64,000 bases of DNA from Thermodesulfobacteriota bacterium (GCA_034189385.1 JAXHVD010000003.1:96001-160000); one strand, 5' to 3'; positions 29,716-39,372 are shown, counted from the first letter of the stretch. The notes: generated from the letters alone by a model not told the origin. Translations and numbers: made by a program.

Positions 29716-30834
29716 ATGGCAAAAGTGCTTCTGGTAGAGGATGAAGAACAGACTCGGAGTACCTACGAAAAGCTTATCTCTCGCATGGGACACGAAGTCT
29801 TTACAGCGGGAGATGCTAAAGAAGCAAAAGTCATTGTTCAGTCTGAAGAGGATCTCGACGTTGCCCTCGTAGATCGCATTCTTCCTGGAGAAGAAGATGG
29901 CTTAGCCGTCCTGAGATTCATCCAAGACCACGCACCCCTTTGCCAGACTGTTCTAGTGACCGGATATCCCAACTTTGACTCCGCATCAGAAGCTCTTCGT
30001 GCCTGTGCCTTTGACTACCTGACCAAACCGGTCGAAACAGCGCGGTTGGCCCAAGTCATCGACGCCGCTTTTGCAGAAAAGGCTCTTCAGAAGGAGAAGA
30101 TTCTGGAGGCCGAAAGAAATAAGGAAGGATACGAGGAATTACGATCAAAACAGGAGATCTTGCGACATGATATGCGGTCGCTTCTTGTGGGGATCGTCGG
30201 CTTTTCCAACCTGCTCATGGATAAGACAACTTTGGATGACACGCAGTTGGAATACTGTAAACAGATTCGGCAATACGGTATTCAACTTGAAAACATGGTA
30301 AATACCTATCTGAATATATCTGACCTGGAGCAGAAGACCTCTCAGTGCCCCAAAGCCATGTTTAATCTCTTCGATGTTATTAGACAATCAAGGAATACAC
30401 TGCACTTCCTGGCTGATGAGAAGAATGTTGACATCTCCGTCATCAACAATAAGAGGATGCATTCCATAGACGACGTTCTTCCTTTTGAGGGAAATCGGAT
30501 GTACCTTCAAAACGCCATTGACAACCTCGTGAAAAACGCCATCGAGGCATCCCCCCCAGACAAACGGGTAAAAATCAGGGTTAAAGGACGGCCGGAATGG
30601 CTTTCCATTTCCATTCATAACTGGGGAGCTGTCCCCCAAGATGTGCTACCCACATTCTTTGAAAAATATGCCACCTCGGGCAAGCAGAACGGATTTGGCT
30701 TGGGTACCTATGTAGCAAGATTAGTAACCGAAGAACATGGCGGAAAGATACATTTTACTTCATCGGAAGACGAAGGCACGGAGGTCTTAATGGCACTTCC
30801 GTTTTCGCAGTTTGACACAGAATTGAAAGTCTGA
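29716..30834 (+). CDS. Hybrid receiver-histidine kinase (cytoplasmic)
   Basis: N-terminal REC (LLVEDE, D, TG, KP); H-box RHDMR; N-box NLVKNAIEA; HNWG, FFEKY, GFGLG. Confidence 0.9.
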   Translation: MAKVLLVEDEEQTRSTYEKLISRMGHEVFTAGDAKEAKVIVQSEEDLDVALVDRILPGEEDGLAVLRFIQDHAPLCQTVLVTGYPNFDSASEALRACAFDYLTKPVETARLAQVIDAAFAEKALQKEKILEAERNKEGYEELRSKQEILRHDMRSLLVGIVGFSNLLMDKTTLDDTQLEYCKQIRQYGIQLENMVNTYLNISDLEQKTSQCPKAMFNLFDVIRQSRNTLHFLADEKNVDISVINNKRMHSIDDVLPFEGNRMYLQNAIDNLVKNAIEASPPDKRVKIRVKGRPEWLSISIHNWGAVPQDVLPTFFEKYATSGKQNGFGLGTYVARLVTEEHGGKIHFTSSEDEGTEVLMALPFSQFDTELKV

Positions 30835-31474
30835 TTACAAAACCCTGTCCAAGGGCCTCCCGAATTCACTTTTTGAGTCCTCACGTTCTCCTTGCCGATC
30901 CCTGCCATCAGGCCAACCCACCTCGGGGCCTTCAGGACATCTTTGCACTACCAGTCTAAGGCTTTCGTCTCCCGATCCATCGCCCCCTAATGAAGTACGG
31001 ACCTGCTCTTTCCTCATAGGATGGCCAAGGGGTATGGTGACGGTAGAGCGCCCTTCGTCTTTTTCTCCTGTAGGTGGATTCCCAGAGACCTACAAAGAGA
31101 AAACGAAAAAGCCTATTAAACAGGCCCTGTTTCTGTCTGCCACGTTCCATTATCCTCTCCACTGCCTTGCCTTTCGGCCTCTTTCCAAGCCGTTGGCATT
31201 CTTCATATCCTCTTAATATAAGACATGCTGAGCCCAGCTTCCAGGCTAAGCTTGAGTTGAAGACAAGGATAGGGGCTTTGCCCGGTAACCATATAGCACC
31301 CCCCATTTACTTTCGTAAGGCGTTGTGCTATTGGCTGGTAAAAGAGAAACGTAGATATTTTAAGGTCTTAGCCCCGAGAGTACGCGAGGGGGTGAAGGGC
31401 ATTTTGTGGTTTATAGGCGGCAGACTGTGCTGGTTTGAACACATTACAAACGTTAACCAAAAGAAAATAAGAGG

Positions 31475-31689
31475 ATGGAAAAAAGGGGGCAAGGACATCA
31501 TGTCCCAGGTTCATCCCGTATTAAAGGAGGACGATCAGATGAACCTGACTATATACATTTGAGCAAGGAGTTCGGCAGCAGTTGGTGGAATGGGATGGCA
31601 AGATTGTCGGCGTCATAAACCTCATGGTGTTGCTCCACGAATTCCTGGAAACCGTCGGCCCAGAATGCCACGTAGAACGGGAGAAGTGA
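31475..31689 (+). pseudogene. Decayed, internally deleted paralog of the CBS-domain gene at 32379
   Basis: Pieces MEK / KDIMSQVHPVLKEDDQMN / GVRQQLVEWDGKIVGVINLMVLLHEFLETVGPECHV lie in different frames and align with the start and C-terminus of 32379..32951. Confidence 0.85.
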
Positions 31690-31883
31690 TGTTAGGCAAG
31701 GTGTGTGGCAACACCCTGCAAATGGATCCCTACCCGATGTGACATTCTTGCGCAGTGTGCATGAATCAGTCCTCAATGGAGGCTCTGAGGACCGTGGTGT
31801 AATGGAACAGCTATGGCAGAGCCTTTTCAGTCTTATGAATCAGATTTATGAAGGGACCAGCAAGGAAGTGGACTCACCACCCC

Positions 31884-32114
31884 CTTCCCTCCGGGGTATG
31901 CTGGTCGCACCTTATCGGAGTGAGCATGCTAGGCGGTATCGCTTTCACCCTGTCTCTGTTCATATCCGGCTTGTCTTTCCCCACAGGTGATTTTACGGAC
32001 TTTTCAAAACTGGGCATCGTCTTGGGATCTCTTCTATCCGGGGCCTTGGGCCTGGCCGTGCTCTGCTTTGGTAGTTCCGCACAACGCCTGCGTATAAGCC
32101 TTCAAACGCCATAG
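31884..32114 (+). pseudogene. nhaA: C-terminal remnant of Na+/H+ antiporter NhaA
   Basis: LPSGVCWSHLIGVSMLGGIAFTLSLFISGLSF...SKLGIVLGSLLSG matches the last two TM helices of NhaA (GIGFTMSLFI...AKLGIL.GS); the rest of the gene is missing. Confidence 0.8.
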
Positions 32115-32378
32115 GATCTGCCGAAGAGTGCCCCTGAGCCATCACCACTGAGGGCTTCTTGTCCTTTGATTTGTCAGCCCATCGTCGCGAATGTACCCTG
32201 AAAAACACCAGGAGTGCAAAATAAGCCCCGCAAATGTAACACAAGATCCAGAAGGGGCAACAAAATACCTTGAATTTCCGCCCAAAGTGGTATATGGGGT
32301 AGCCTTGCTGCAGTACGTGCGGCCCTCTAATGTTTAAGCCATTTATTTGGAAAATCATCGTTAAAGGAGGATGAAAGA

Positions 32379-32951
32379 ATGGAAAAATTGGTCAAGGACA
32401 TTATGAACCCCATTGAGGAGTACGATAAGATCGATATTGAAGCCCATCTGTGTGATGCTTTAGCTATATTGAAAAGGAATCACGAGAAGACGAAACAGGG
32501 CGGCACTTATCACAAGACCATTTTTGTGACAGACGCATCCAAAAAGATCGTGGGCAAGCTTTCCATGTACGACCTCATTAGGGGACTCGTCCCTGAAGTA
32601 GCAAAAACATCAGAGGCAATTGTCGCTCGGGCACTTTCTTCAAGGGTCCTGGAGGTCGCTGACCAGGTAGGAGAAATCCAAGAAAAATACAAGTGGCTAC
32701 ACACTTCCTTTGAGGACTTGGTTAAAGAAGAAGCCCACAAGCGAGTGAAAGACCTCATGACCCCCGCAAAACCGGTATTAAGAGAAGACGATCCCATGAA
32801 CCAGAGCATCTTTGTCCTGTTCAAGGACGGTGTACGCCAGCAGTTGGTGGAGCGTAGCGGCGAGATCGTCGGCGTCATCAACCTCATGGTGGTGCTCACG
32901 GAGCTTCTTGAGACCGTTGGCCCGGAATGCCATGTGAATTGGGAAAGTTAA
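32379..32951 (+). CDS. CBS-domain pair protein
   Basis: VKDIM.P, IVGKLSMYDLI, VKDLMTP, IVGVIN; AAAGGAGG RBS. Confidence 0.85.
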   Translation: MEKLVKDIMNPIEEYDKIDIEAHLCDALAILKRNHEKTKQGGTYHKTIFVTDASKKIVGKLSMYDLIRGLVPEVAKTSEAIVARALSSRVLEVADQVGEIQEKYKWLHTSFEDLVKEEAHKRVKDLMTPAKPVLREDDPMNQSIFVLFKDGVRQQLVERSGEIVGVINLMVVLTELLETVGPECHVNWES

Positions 32952-33060
32952 GCCTTCCTTGAGTGCCATGGCGGTTTCAAGGGCGGAATCCTGTGGAGGG
33001 AAGTTTTTGGCAAAGTTTTGACCCTTGGGTGCTGGCCCGCAGGGGAGAACTCGAAAAACC

Positions 33061-33096
33061 AGGGCTTGGGCCTGCTTGGCCCAAGCCCTTCTTGTT
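33061..33096 (+). terminator. Intrinsic terminator-like hairpin
   Basis: AGGGCTTGGGCC-TGCTT-GGCCCAAGCCCT followed by TCTTGTTT, downstream of the CBS gene. Confidence 0.6.
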
Positions 33097-33452
33097 TGGC
33101 GCCACAGATTCTTTGATCCTCTTGACTCAACGTTGATCCCCACAGCTAAAAAAGCGGAGCTACGGGCCGTGGTATCACCTGCCCACGGGTGGTAGAATTC
33201 TGCTCTCAGTGCGGTGGGCTGGTCCCGGTCCTCTTAGTGCTTCTGCTTCCAGCCTGATCATCTGCGCCCTCTCCTTTCCCTGCATCATCTTATGGTCCAA
33301 GTCACAGGGCGACACATAGGCTGAGCCGTCACCATCGGATCAGCCAGTGAGGGACCGCTGGTTTGATCCTCGAATGGGTGTCTAAGATAAGAACAGACGC
33401 ATGGCTCACCTGGTCCAGTCGCGAAGGCCGGAGAGCATGCCCCCAGAGAGGG

Positions 33453-34355
33453 TCAGGACTCAAGGAGCTCTAAAGTTCTGATGCTGTCATCAGCATGGGC
33501 AAGGTGACCAATGGGCCCGCCCGAAAGGTAGTCCAGGAAGGCCGTCAGCTCAAAAAAAAGTGGCTCACCCTTTCTCACAAAGCAGTTTCTCACAAGGTAT
33601 GAATGGTTGATGTCAATATACTTCGATGAAGAATACTCATTCATTGATTGATTGATCAGATCCGCTTCATAGTATCCCTCACTGGTGGACACCTCTATGA
33701 CCCTCTTCTTGAAAGGGGTCAACCAGTTCGTCGTAATATTGCCAACGACATCGTTTTCCAGCCTTACCGCAATGATGGCATTATCTTCATGGTGGTGCTG
33801 AATCTTCTGCGATTTAAATATCTTCGTCTCTGCTATTTCCCGCCCTGTAACAAACCTTATGAGATCAATGTCATGGACAGACAGGTCCGTTAGAACACCC
33901 ACATCAGAAATCCTGGGCGGAATGGGCCCAATGCGCGTAATATTGACACTATAGATTTCTTTGTCAACGATCTCATCCTTCAGGGCTATGACCACTGGAT
34001 TGTGCCTCTCAATGTGACCCACGACTAACTTGGTGCCATTTCTGTTGGCACAGTCCCGGAGTTCCCGCCCATCTTGGCTGTTTGAGGCTATCGGTTTTTC
34101 GATCAACAAGTCGACGCCTTTCTCCATGCACTTCAGGCCAATTTCTTTGTGCAAGAACGTAGGGGCAGCAAGTATCGCCGCGTCAATCGGTTCTTCTGAC
34201 AACATGGCATCGATGTCATGGTACAGCTTCACCGCCGGTATCTCATCAATGTTCGGGTCACAGACCGCCAGAACTTCCACGCGGTTCATGGTTCCCAGTA
34301 CCCTGAGATGGTTCTTCCCCATAACGCCAACACCGATAACTGCCATTTTGATCAT
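33453..34355 (-). CDS. Gfo/Idh/MocA oxidoreductase (WlbA/WbpB-like sugar-nucleotide dehydrogenase)
   Basis: GVGVMG, EKP, VGHIERHNP, DVGV..DLSVHDID, NWLTP.K.R. Confidence 0.85.
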   Translation of the reverse strand: MIKMAVIGVGVMGKNHLRVLGTMNRVEVLAVCDPNIDEIPAVKLYHDIDAMLSEEPIDAAILAAPTFLHKEIGLKCMEKGVDLLIEKPIASNSQDGRELRDCANRNGTKLVVGHIERHNPVVIALKDEIVDKEIYSVNITRIGPIPPRISDVGVLTDLSVHDIDLIRFVTGREIAETKIFKSQKIQHHHEDNAIIAVRLENDVVGNITTNWLTPFKKRVIEVSTSEGYYEADLINQSMNEYSSSKYIDINHSYLVRNCFVRKGEPLFFELTAFLDYLSGGPIGHLAHADDSIRTLELLES

Positions 34356-34460
34356 ATGTGCCTATCCTCCTAAAGTGAACAGGGAGCCCTTAGGCCCTCC
34401 TTCCTTGCCTCCCTTTTCCCCGTGCCTTGCTCAATGGTTATGAGTATCCCATACCACCTC

Positions 34461-34895
34461 TCAGCTCCCTTTCGGGAAGCTTTCTTCTTCTAAGGTGTAA
34501 CCACACTCGGCGAGCTGCTTTTTAAGCATATCCTTGAGTCTGTTCCCCTTATATTCAAAAAACCTCTTTTCTACATCTGGATACTCTGCAAGGGCATCCT
34601 TGAAACTTCGAAACGGCTTTTTCCCCTCCAAGGCGCTAATCAAATGACCTCTTATCTCATCTGACTGCTCTAGTGCAGCAAAATCTTGCATGATGTCATA
34701 GCCCTGATCACTGGTGATCGGTTCAATGGGAAAGTACCTGTCGTCATCGTCCAGATCTTCATCGCTGATGGTATCATCAACGTCTGGCGATACCACTTCT
34801 CCTTTCAACAAATCAAGGTAGTGTTGGCTCGCAAAGCCGGAGCTATCTTCCATGAAATAGAGAATAGGATCTAAAAAGAGCTTGATCTTTTTCAT
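34461..34895 (-). CDS. UPF0158-family protein
   Basis: YLDL..GEV, I.PI.S..GY..M.DF, ALEGKKPFRSFKDAL. Confidence 0.8.
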   Translation of the reverse strand: MKKIKLFLDPILYFMEDSSGFASQHYLDLLKGEVVSPDVDDTISDEDLDDDDRYFPIEPITSDQGYDIMQDFAALEQSDEIRGHLISALEGKKPFRSFKDALAEYPDVEKRFFEYKGNRLKDMLKKQLAECGYTLEEESFPKGS

Positions 34896-35330
34896 CTCTC
34901 ACTCTCCTTGCCTTCCCCTGTCGTCGTGGATGCACCGTCATGGCACCCCCGATGAAGTGCGTCAAGACAGGTCTCTCGCCGCGCTCATTGCTCCATTAGG
35001 CACGCCAAGGGAAGCTTCATCAGCGGGGATAGGTAACTGAAATAACAGGCGACAACCGTCCGTTGAAACGGCCCTCTCTGTCTGTTCTGATCAGGGCCCC
35101 ATTCTTGCGCCACAAGACAACTTCTTGACAATTGTACAATATGTCTCATCTGTCAACGGACAGATAATGGAGACCTCAGATGCTCCCCCCGCAAATCATG
35201 TTCCACCATGCCTGCCAGAAGCACAAACGGCTGTTTCTGGGCCGATTTGTCAGGGACGTCAAATGGATGGCCCGGACCCGAAGCCCACTCGGGGTCCAAT
35301 GGAAACCTGGCGTGAGCTAGTGCAAAAGGC

Positions 35331-35444
35331 TCAGAAGATCCCGACGATGGCCAGAATGACCTTAGCGATACCTGGAGAAAGTATCAACAAGACGATGGGC
35401 ACCATGATCTTTGGGTTGTTGACCCAGGGATATTGCTCTTCCAT
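35331..35444 (-). CDS. 37-aa predicted membrane microprotein (not in ORF track)
   Basis: GAGGAGG RBS 8 nt before ATG; MEEQYPWVNNPKIMVPIVLLILSPGIAKVILAIVGIF*. Confidence 0.6.
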   Translation of the reverse strand: MEEQYPWVNNPKIMVPIVLLILSPGIAKVILAIVGIF

Positions 35445-35568
35445 GGCATTTACCTCCTCACATGTTGAAAAAGGTTACATAGGGAGAGGCCTTTCAGAAA
35501 TGCTGCGCACCAGAGCCTGATGAATGACTCTTTGACTTATGACAAATGCTGTGCCTGCCTTTTGGATC

Positions 35569-35871
35569 TCAAGGTCCTTTTGGGAAGCTGTACTGAAAGA
35601 CTGCATGTTCGGTCTTCCCGCCAAGCAGCGTGTCAATCCTGCCCTGCACTTCGTTTCTTTCTTGACTTGTTGCCCATCTGTTCCAGTCCTCAATCGATTC
35701 CCAGGTGCCGATCACCACATACTCATCAGGCTTATCGATTCTTTGCAGCGTTTCACCGGAGATATAGCCAGGCTGCACCGTAGCCCGAGTCCTGAGTTCT
35801 CTAAGCAATGGTTCCAAGTCTTGGGCTCTGCCTTCTGGGACGATGCGTCTGATGATCACCTTAACGGCCAT
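35569..35871 (-). CDS. Antibiotic biosynthesis monooxygenase (ABM) family protein
   Basis: MAVKVII.R, QPGYISGETL, YVVIGTWES.EDW..W..S.ER. Confidence 0.82.
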   Translation of the reverse strand: MAVKVIIRRIVPEGRAQDLEPLLRELRTRATVQPGYISGETLQRIDKPDEYVVIGTWESIEDWNRWATSQERNEVQGRIDTLLGGKTEHAVFQYSFPKGP

Positions 35872-36109
35872 ATCGCTCTCTTTTCTGCTGAAATCGGTCG
35901 CCTTTGTGATGAGATCTCATTTTACTTGTAACCTAGCCATAGGAAAAGGAAAAAATAGAAAGGGGCTGCAACCATGAGGAGCCATCCGGAAAAGCCCTTC
36001 AGCTTCGTTTCATGTTCTTCCAAAGAGAAAACCCTCTATAGACAGCCAGAGGTGACTTTTAGGCATCTATTTCCCTGTGAAAGCGAAGACCATATAGTCT
36101 TCGGCACGT

Positions 36110-36844
36110 TTACGCCGGGGGCACCCACCTTCTCTTGGCAGCATCGTAGCACCAGCTGTTGGGAAGGGCTGTTCTGGAGTGAAACCTGGGGCTTTGTGCC
36201 CAGTTGAGAAGCTCTGCGTGGGCCTCGTTGATCTTAACGAACTTGTTGCTCCTGTCACCTGTGTCGGGGTGATGGAGCTTCGCCTTCTTTCTGTAGGCGG
36301 CTTTCAGGCATCTAAGGCCGTCTTCCGACAGGATTTGCTCCTTGGTGAGATCAAGCCGCTTTAGGGCATTCTTCTCCTTGTGGTTCAGGCACGGCGTTTT
36401 CTTGGCAATAGGAAGAATCGTGCTCGCCGGAATATCGGCTCGTGATGCCCTGTCCAGGAGATGCTGGGAGGCCCACCATCTGGAACCTGTCTCTTCTTCC
36501 ATCTCATACCACTGGCGGCCGGCCTGCTCGATCATGGCCAGCAGGTCATCTGCAACCTTCTTATTCTTATGGTTGCTTCTCTTCCATATGAATCTGGACA
36601 AGACATCTGATCCCATGGGAAGGATATCAAGGAGCAAGGTCTCTCTTGTGTAAGAAAAGGCGGCATAACGCGCCCGGAGAGCCTGCACCAAGCCGGTCGC
36701 GATATAAAGCGCAAAATCCAGCCGTTTCTTACACTTCTCGCTACAATACCTGCGCTTTCCTTTTGGAACAGGCCTTTCCCCGCAGGCAAGACACAAGGCC
36801 CTGCTCTTAGGTACACATTTGATGGCTCTGCTCTGATGCCTCAT
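36110..36844 (-). CDS. Protein with N-terminal Zn-finger-like motif and C-terminal J domain
   Basis: CLACG...RRYCSEKC; AYRKKAKLHHPD...F..INEAH. Confidence 0.8.
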   Translation of the reverse strand: MRHQSRAIKCVPKSRALCLACGERPVPKGKRRYCSEKCKKRLDFALYIATGLVQALRARYAAFSYTRETLLLDILPMGSDVLSRFIWKRSNHKNKKVADDLLAMIEQAGRQWYEMEEETGSRWWASQHLLDRASRADIPASTILPIAKKTPCLNHKEKNALKRLDLTKEQILSEDGLRCLKAAYRKKAKLHHPDTGDRSNKFVKINEAHAELLNWAQSPRFHSRTALPNSWCYDAAKRRWVPPA

Positions 36845-37004
36845 GGCCTATGCACCCATTCTATCCATTTACGGGCCCCACAGAAAACTCTCCTCAATCC
36901 CCTGTTACAAAAGGGGCAAAGCGCTCTACTTCCTCCTTTGTCCCGCCAAAGGCGATCAACCTATAACAGGCCCATGCCTCTGCTGTCAAACCCCACAGGG
37001 ACCT

Positions 37005-37223
37005 TTAGAGGGAGTCCTTCACCGCAGCGTAATACCTTCGCTCGTAGTAGGATTCCGTCTTTCTGTCAAAGATCCCTTCATGCTTATGGATGTATTTGAA
37101 CCCTTCCCACTTGCCTCGGGCAAGGACCACCTCATCTCCAAGGCTGAATTTATGACCACAGGCCAAGCACCCCTCTGCATTAAGCCTGTTAAGCCTTTCG
37201 AGATCTATGAAGATCTTGTGCAT
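37005..37223 (-). CDS. Small hypothetical protein with CxxC
   Basis: LNAEGCLACGHKFSLGDEVV...IH..E; co-oriented between the SBP and J-domain genes. Confidence 0.65.
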   Translation of the reverse strand: MHKIFIDLERLNRLNAEGCLACGHKFSLGDEVVLARGKWEGFKYIHKHEGIFDRKTESYYERRYYAAVKDSL

Positions 37224-37249
37224 CCTTTTCTCTTCCACAAAGTCACCTT

Positions 37250-38812
37250 TTACCCTTTCTCCCCTCCCTCATCCCAGAAGACCTTCCACATGGATCTAAA
37301 GTCCCCTGTGGGATAGGGCACAAATCCCTTGAGACCCTTTCTCATCAGTACAATGTTGTGGGGATGCCAAAGGCTCATATAGGCAAGGTCCTGGGCAAGC
37401 CTCTTCTGGATGCGGCCATACAGCTCCTTTCGCGTCCACCGATCGGCAGTCCGCCGGGCCGCCTCAATCCATTCGTCCACAGCTGGATCGCTATAATGCC
37501 CCCGGTTGGCACCTGTTGGAGGAAAACAATTAGAATGGAAAAGATAATAATACATGTCTGGATCATTGATCCCAACCCATTCCAGCGAATAGATTTGAAA
37601 ATTTCCTGTGCGGATGTCCGTATAGAAGGTAGCCCAGTCATAGGTACGGATATCGATCTCCACCCCTATCTTGTTTAGATATTCCTTGACGAGTTCTGCC
37701 TTCCGCCTGGCCAGGTCATCTTGCGAGGTCTTGTAAAGAAATGTCAAACCTCGGGCCCCCTTGTCGGTTTCTGTTACGGGAAACCCTGCCTGATCCAACA
37801 AGACCCTGGCCCTCTTTGGGTTGTAGGGATACTGGGCCACCTCTCCTTCATAGGCCCAGTGCTGTGGGGAGAGCATCCCGGTAGCCTGTATGGCATTTCC
37901 CCGCAGAAGGTAGGTGATCATGGCCTCAACGTCTATGGCCATGGCGATGGCTTGACGCACCTCCTTGTTCTTGAGGGCGGGGTCTCTTACGTTGAACCCC
38001 ATATAGGCATAATTCGTACCGGGCGTGATGAGGACTTCCACATCAGGCCCTTTGGACAGGGGAGCCACCATGTCAGGGGGAGTGGTATTCTGGGTGAACT
38101 GGATGGTTCCCCTCTTGAACTCAAGAAGCCTTGTCGTATCATCAGGGATAAACCTGAACACCAGAAGACTCAGCCCCGGTCTTCCCTCATGAAACCCCTC
38201 AAAGGGTTCAAAGGCAATCTCCTGGCCTGGAATCAAATGTTTGAATCGGAAGGGACCTGTGCCCACGGGATGACGGGCAAAGGCGTCGCCCATCTTTTCC
38301 GCCCCCTTGGGAACAATCCCGCCTGTCATGGAGGCCAAAAAAGGGGAAAAGGGTTCCTTGAGGGCGAATCGCACGGTATACTCATCTTCCGCCTCGATTT
38401 TATCAATGACCCGGTATGTTTCACGCCTGGGAGAGTTGTTCTCCGGGTCCATGATAGACTGATAGGTGTACGCCACATCTGCTGCTGTGAAGGGGGTGCC
38501 ATCATGAAAGGTCACCCCCTTTTTTAGATAAAAGACATAGGTGGTGCTGTCAGCTTTCTCCCACCTCTCTGCCAGGTCGGGCAGGAATTCGGCCTGTTCG
38601 TCAAAGCGAACCAGGCCGTTAAACATGACTTGGGCCGTGCGCAGGGACGTGGCATCAAGGCCATATCTGGGGTCCATGTTGTTTGGGGCAGACACCATGC
38701 CCACCACTAGGGCATCTTTGGGCCATTCTACATCCCGTGCGCAGTGGAAGTGAAACGCCCCTGCTAGCACCACAAAAACCCATACCAGGAAGTGCCGATG
38801 TGACTTCGTCAT
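37250..38812 (-). CDS. ABC transporter substrate-binding protein, family 5 (peptide/nickel)
   Basis: PDLAERW, FHDG.PFTAADV, PVGTGPF, VRQAIAMAID; start inferred at ATG 38812; no permease genes adjacent. Confidence 0.9.
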   Translation of the reverse strand: MTKSHRHFLVWVFVVLAGAFHFHCARDVEWPKDALVVGMVSAPNNMDPRYGLDATSLRTAQVMFNGLVRFDEQAEFLPDLAERWEKADSTTYVFYLKKGVTFHDGTPFTAADVAYTYQSIMDPENNSPRRETYRVIDKIEAEDEYTVRFALKEPFSPFLASMTGGIVPKGAEKMGDAFARHPVGTGPFRFKHLIPGQEIAFEPFEGFHEGRPGLSLLVFRFIPDDTTRLLEFKRGTIQFTQNTTPPDMVAPLSKGPDVEVLITPGTNYAYMGFNVRDPALKNKEVRQAIAMAIDVEAMITYLLRGNAIQATGMLSPQHWAYEGEVAQYPYNPKRARVLLDQAGFPVTETDKGARGLTFLYKTSQDDLARRKAELVKEYLNKIGVEIDIRTYDWATFYTDIRTGNFQIYSLEWVGINDPDMYYYLFHSNCFPPTGANRGHYSDPAVDEWIEAARRTADRWTRKELYGRIQKRLAQDLAYMSLWHPHNIVLMRKGLKGFVPYPTGDFRSMWKVFWDEGGEKG

Positions 38813-39078
38813 CGCCTCATCCATTAACACGGGCCGGGCACGCTGGCAACTGCAACGAAGCTGTGGAGTACGCAGGCGGGCGATGGCTGAAGGTTGCAGG
38901 GCACAGGTGAGCCCCTTGTGCAGGGAGAAAGGATAGACCCTGGGCTGTGACGAGCTTGGAGGTGGTTCTCTCCCCATTTGTCCAGGCGCTGCCATTGGGG
39001 CGGCGCTGCAGGGTGTTCTGGTGAAGACGGGTAACGAGACAGTTCTGATTTCAGAAAAACGCTAAGATCAGGAGACCT

Positions 39079-39345
39079 CTAGCTGGCATGGGCAACAAAG
39101 CCAATAACGGCAAAAATAACCACGACTATTCCAAAGCCGACGTAGACGGAATTGAACATACTTGCCTTCTCAATGGAGTTGAAAAGATCTGCATTGAAGA
39201 CGTAGCCCCAATACAGAGCGAAAAGGTAGTTGATGCACAACGCCAGCCTAATCCTTCCGATAATGAGGATGATAGTGCTCAGTGATAAAAGCAGCATTAT
39301 CTGCATTAGCGGAACCGTCAACTCTGCCGTCTGTAAGAATTCCAT
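39079..39345 (-). CDS. Small three-helix membrane protein, hypothetical
   Basis: GGAGG RBS; three hydrophobic segments; NY.F.LYWGY motif. Confidence 0.7.
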   Translation of the reverse strand: MEFLQTAELTVPLMQIMLLLSLSTIILIIGRIRLALCINYLFALYWGYVFNADLFNSIEKASMFNSVYVGFGIVVVIFAVIGFVAHAS

Positions 39346-39372
39346 GGGCACCTCCTTTCGACATTACCTTTT

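Noticed and set aside
33154..33203. Hairpin containing GCGGAGCTACGGG, reminiscent of a c-di-GMP-I riboswitch segment
   Set aside because: Lacks the upstream GGCAAAC...GAAA tetraloop stem and has no downstream gene on that strand; treated as a plain hairpin.
35010..35030. CTGATGA on the minus strand suggesting a hammerhead ribozyme
   Set aside because: No correctly placed GAAA core or three-stem junction found.
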